From the NCBI GenBank assembly GCA_913045445.1, contig CAJWQP010000006.1, positions 1-60,245 on the forward strand: a DNA stretch of 60,245 bases, given 5' to 3'. Source of the stretch: an uncultured Nitrospina sp. GTDB taxonomy: Bacteria; Nitrospinota; Nitrospinia; Nitrospinales; VA-1. The notes under the pieces are model-generated. The model saw only the letters and a program-made list of their open reading frames with translations, ran no database searches and had not been told where the DNA came from. Below, piece after piece: positions 57,207 to 60,245 of this stretch. The position numbers and the translations under genes are program-made. Position 1 is the first letter of the stretch. Every line of letters starts with the position of its first letter.

Positions 57207-57512
57207 ATGTCGACTTTTAAATTCCTGCATTGTTCTGATTTACACATTGATAGTCCTTTCAAAGGATTATCCTCGGTGTGCTCTTCTCAGGCTGAACGAT
57301 TTCGCAACTCGACCCATCTCGCCTTTCAAAATGTTATCAAGCTTGCTCTCAAGGATGATGTTTTTGTGAATTTTGATGATGACCGTAACGATCAGATGAT
57401 TGGTCTGGTACAGCATTTTGCCAAATCACGACAAGTTGTGGTTCTCACTTGTCATAGACGTATTTTTGAAGAGTATTCCTCCAAAGGGGCCAACCCCGTA
57501 ACTGTGGGATGA
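57207..57512 (+). pseudogene. In-frame fusion relic of a YhaO-like metallophosphoesterase N-terminus and a YhaN-like ATPase C-terminus
   Basis: KFLHCSDLHIDSPFKG (Mre11/SbcD motif I) joined at DDV to DDVFVNFDDDR...QVVVLTCH (Walker B, D-loop and H-loop of SMC-like ATPases). Confidence 0.8.
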
Positions 57513-57523
57513 TGGTGCCCTGA

Positions 57524-58840
57524 ATGGAAATTTTCATGAAATATATACGGGTATTTCTATTCGCAGGTATTATTGCTTTTCTTTCCCCATATAAATCCTT
57601 TGCAAATTCTCAGAACACTTTTAACCAACTGATTCTCGCTAAGAGTTCTTTGGAGTCCAGATTTAATGTGCAGTCTGTTGAATGTTTTCCGTTCAAAGAG
57701 AACATTGGTTTTACTGAGGACCAGATTCCGCTCATTAAGAACTGCCTTGCGGGAGTTCGACTCCTAACATCGGCGTTGGATAGTGTGGTAGACCCAGAAA
57801 TTCATACCGTGGGTATCAGTACGCGTTTCCTGAGGACTGGTGGATTCAACACCGTGTTGATTCCGTGGAACGCCTCATTGCCGGAGACAGTCGCTTTTCT
57901 GGAAAATAGATTATCAAAAGAAAAGCAGGGTCTTTTCCTCGCCAAAATTTCTACGCTGAAAAGAAAAATAAATTTAAAACTAAGGATCCCTTCCCTTTAT
58001 TGTTCACAGCGTATTTCTAACGAGCAGTGCATGGCGGGGTACGAGAGTTTGTCGTCAGTTGAGATGCCTCCCGGCGCTAAACCTGTCCGGTGGAAGGAAA
58101 TTGTGTTGGATAATGAACGAGGGCTGGGTGAAAATTCGCATTCATATCGGATTAATTACCATGCTTCCTCGGAAGAAATGTTTGCAATTCTTCTGATGGA
58201 TCCGCAAAAGGAATGGTCATTTCGCAAGAGAATGTATGATGATATCAAGTCAAAGTTTAAGGGAGCCTTTGAGAAGCGACTTCAGGTTGCTACTTATTTT
58301 TGCTCAACGGAATTAACGGTTAAAAATTGTCTGGAGGGAATAGCCAGTTTGTCTCAGGCCAGCGAAAGGCAGGTTATGCGAATGAAGGCCTGGGGTGAGG
58401 TGGTCATCGATGAATACAATACATTTATCAAAGACGATTTCGACGTTTCGATCAGGTTTGATTTGCCAACGGATGAATTGGTGAGTTATTTTTCATCTAA
58501 GGAGAACCGGGCAGAAGCAACCGAAAATGCGGTGCTTGTGGAAAAACTTGAAAAGCGCACGTTGAATAATCCGAGCGGACTCCGTGCCGTTTGTGACTTG
58601 GATGGGATGCGCTCAAGATTGTGCGTGGGAGCTTTTAAAGATTTTATCAGTTTTGTGTCAAGTCATAGAGACTACAGGGTAAAAGAGCCGTGGGAGAGTG
58701 TGATGTTTATTGATGGAACACAGCTTGCCCGGGTTAACTTCGCTTTGAATTCACCGCCCCGTCATTCATATATCTATATCGATGCCGCGAGTGGTGCCGA
58801 GGAACTGCAAACTCACCTGATGAGGTTTGGGAAACAATAG
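57524..58840 (+). CDS. Exported hypothetical protein with four ~100-aa Cys-pair repeats
   Basis: Signal peptide; Cys pairs beginning at about residues 54, 160, 260 and 357 with recurring C..G...L and W.E[IV]V.D. Confidence 0.75.
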   Translation: MEIFMKYIRVFLFAGIIAFLSPYKSFANSQNTFNQLILAKSSLESRFNVQSVECFPFKENIGFTEDQIPLIKNCLAGVRLLTSALDSVVDPEIHTVGISTRFLRTGGFNTVLIPWNASLPETVAFLENRLSKEKQGLFLAKISTLKRKINLKLRIPSLYCSQRISNEQCMAGYESLSSVEMPPGAKPVRWKEIVLDNERGLGENSHSYRINYHASSEEMFAILLMDPQKEWSFRKRMYDDIKSKFKGAFEKRLQVATYFCSTELTVKNCLEGIASLSQASERQVMRMKAWGEVVIDEYNTFIKDDFDVSIRFDLPTDELVSYFSSKENRAEATENAVLVEKLEKRTLNNPSGLRAVCDLDGMRSRLCVGAFKDFISFVSSHRDYRVKEPWESVMFIDGTQLARVNFALNSPPRHSYIYIDAASGAEELQTHLMRFGKQ

Positions 58841-58980
58841 GGTTTGAAGTATATGGACAAGCCCTCTCGCTTAAGGCTGAGAACCGTTGTGTATGGAAGA
58901 ATTCTAGGGTTTTTTAGGGTTTCTTATAAATCTTTACTAAAAAGTAAGTTTTTTAATTCAAGGAGGAAGGTGAGTAACAG

Positions 58981-60009
58981 ATGATGGAAGACTCAATTTA
59001 TATAGGAGTTGCTTTTATTATTGGGGGAGTCCTTGTGTGGCTCTTGTTTAAACTAAAAGGTGGTGAGGGTAATATCCTAATCCAAAACCAACTAAAAGAT
59101 ATTAGAGATGTTCTTGACCGAAAACTTGGTGAATCCCATGAATCAATGAGAACACAGATCGGTGAATCAAACAAATTAATCCGTGATATTACTTCCAAAA
59201 TGACCCATTTAGAAGGTACTAATGAAAAAGTCCTAAACATAGCGGATCAGTTAAAGGTCCTTCAAAATACTCTATTAAATCCTAAACAACGTGGTGTGTT
59301 GGGTGAAGTTATTCTTGAATCTGTTCTAAACAACGTTCTTCCCAGTAAGCATTTTGAAATGCAATATAAATTCAATGATGGTGAAATCGTTGATGCTGCT
59401 ATTTTTATGGGTGACGTCAATTCGAGAAAGATTTTGCCTGTAGATTCCAAATTTCCTCTCGAAAATTATAACCGGTTTGTTAAGGCATCCGACAAAGTCG
59501 AGAAAGCAAGTCTAGAAAATGAATTTGCAAAGGATGTTAAAAACCGAATCAATGAAACGTCGAAGTATGTCCGCCCGAATGAAGGTACCTTCGATTTTGC
59601 GTTCATGTTTATTCCCTCTGAAGCCATTTATTACGACCTTCTAATTAACGATGTTGGTTCAGGAAGTTCTAGTCGTGATCTGATTAATTATGCTTTTGAA
59701 AAGCAAGTTATTATTGTGGCTTCTACCTCTATGATGGCATACCTCCAAACCATTCTGCACGGACTAAGGGCATTACAAATTGAGGAGTCAGCCAAAGAAA
59801 TTCGTTCTCGTGTAGAAGAACTCGGGAGACATATAGGCAGTTATGATGAGTATATGCAAAAACTAGGAAAATCTTTAGGAACAACTGTTAACCACTACAA
59901 CCATGCTTATAAAGAACTAAACAAGATTGACAAGGATGTCCTGCGAATAACCGATGATTCAATTGGTATTGAACCTGAAATTGTCGACAAACCTCATTTA
60001 GATGAATAG
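58981..60009 (+). CDS. rmuC: DNA recombination protein RmuC
   Basis: N-terminal TM and coiled coil; PKQRG.LGE..LE, Y.F..G..VDA, PVDSKFPLE, FAFMFIPSE. Confidence 0.92.
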   Translation: MMEDSIYIGVAFIIGGVLVWLLFKLKGGEGNILIQNQLKDIRDVLDRKLGESHESMRTQIGESNKLIRDITSKMTHLEGTNEKVLNIADQLKVLQNTLLNPKQRGVLGEVILESVLNNVLPSKHFEMQYKFNDGEIVDAAIFMGDVNSRKILPVDSKFPLENYNRFVKASDKVEKASLENEFAKDVKNRINETSKYVRPNEGTFDFAFMFIPSEAIYYDLLINDVGSGSSSRDLINYAFEKQVIIVASTSMMAYLQTILHGLRALQIEESAKEIRSRVEELGRHIGSYDEYMQKLGKSLGTTVNHYNHAYKELNKIDKDVLRITDDSIGIEPEIVDKPHLDE

Positions 60010-60028
60010 ACGATAAGAGGTAGAAATA

Positions 60029-60181
60029 TTGCTAAAAATAATAAAAGTTCTAAAAAAAATATTTTTGATTATCTTTTTAATTATAACCGGTGCGGCGTTA
60101 GTAGGGCTGATAAATCGTTCTCCAAATGCGGGTGGGGGTGTTTTTGCAACTATATTATCTAGTATACCCTTTGATGGTTAG
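60029..60181 (+). CDS. Possible 50-aa hydrophobic small protein or truncated membrane gene
   Basis: GAGGT SD, TTG start; MLKIIKVLKKIFLIIFLIITGAALVGLINRSPNAGGGVFATILSSIPFDG. Confidence 0.3.
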   Translation: MLKIIKVLKKIFLIIFLIITGAALVGLINRSPNAGGGVFATILSSIPFDG

Positions 60182-60191
60182 ACAATTAAAG

Positions 60192-60245
60192 TGGTGGGAC
60201 GGGACGGAATCGAACCGCCGACACGAGGATTTTCAGTCCTCTGCT
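60192..60245 (-). tRNA. tRNA-Phe(GAA), 5' part outside the window
   Basis: Minus strand AGCA GAGGA CTGAAAA TCCTC GTGTC GGCGG TTCGATT CCGTC CCGTCCC ACCA: anticodon arm, T arm and encoded CCA. Confidence 0.97.

Noticed and set aside
1-60245. CRISPR array, prophage, IS element or defence island
   Set aside because: No regularly spaced repeats and no cas, integrase, intact transposase or phage structural genes were seen.

Overview
About 60 kb of mostly core chromosome, roughly 45-50% GC by eye. Gene content and protein families suggest a Nitrospinota (Nitrospina-like) or deltaproteobacterium-like organism; this is an inference. Housekeeping genes include purH, purSQLF, nadK, tatA, mpl, dacB, pepF, valS, an oligopeptide ABC permease pair, an ABC-F ATPase, an HpnN-like RND transporter, an ECF sigma/anti-sigma pair, rmuC and a partial tRNA-Phe at the right edge. 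I found no intact mobile element, prophage, CRISPR array or rRNA. Notable items are: (i) a RomR-like polarity response regulator heading a romR-valS-pepF-IDR gene run that ends in a protein with a long basic N/G/R/Q-rich disordered arm; (ii) an SH3-M48 protease-HAMP-only membrane protein operon; (iii) two apparent pseudo-enzymes, a radical-SAM homolog lacking CxxxCxxC beside an intact radical SAM gene and a PHP-like protein lacking its His ligands; (iv) repeated -10 boxes 6-10 nt before start codons, suggesting leaderless mRNAs, including a 20-bp bidirectional promoter; (v) gene-decay scars, namely a multiply disrupted cytochrome c, a collapsed yhaO-yhaN fusion, a collapsed HD-GYP response regulator and an all-synonymous duplicate of an ABC permease 3' end; (vi) a low-GC rmuC beside the tRNA 3' end; and (vii) unannotated small ORFs, REP-like palindromes and a candidate structured RNA. 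All family assignments come from motif recognition by eye, not database searches.
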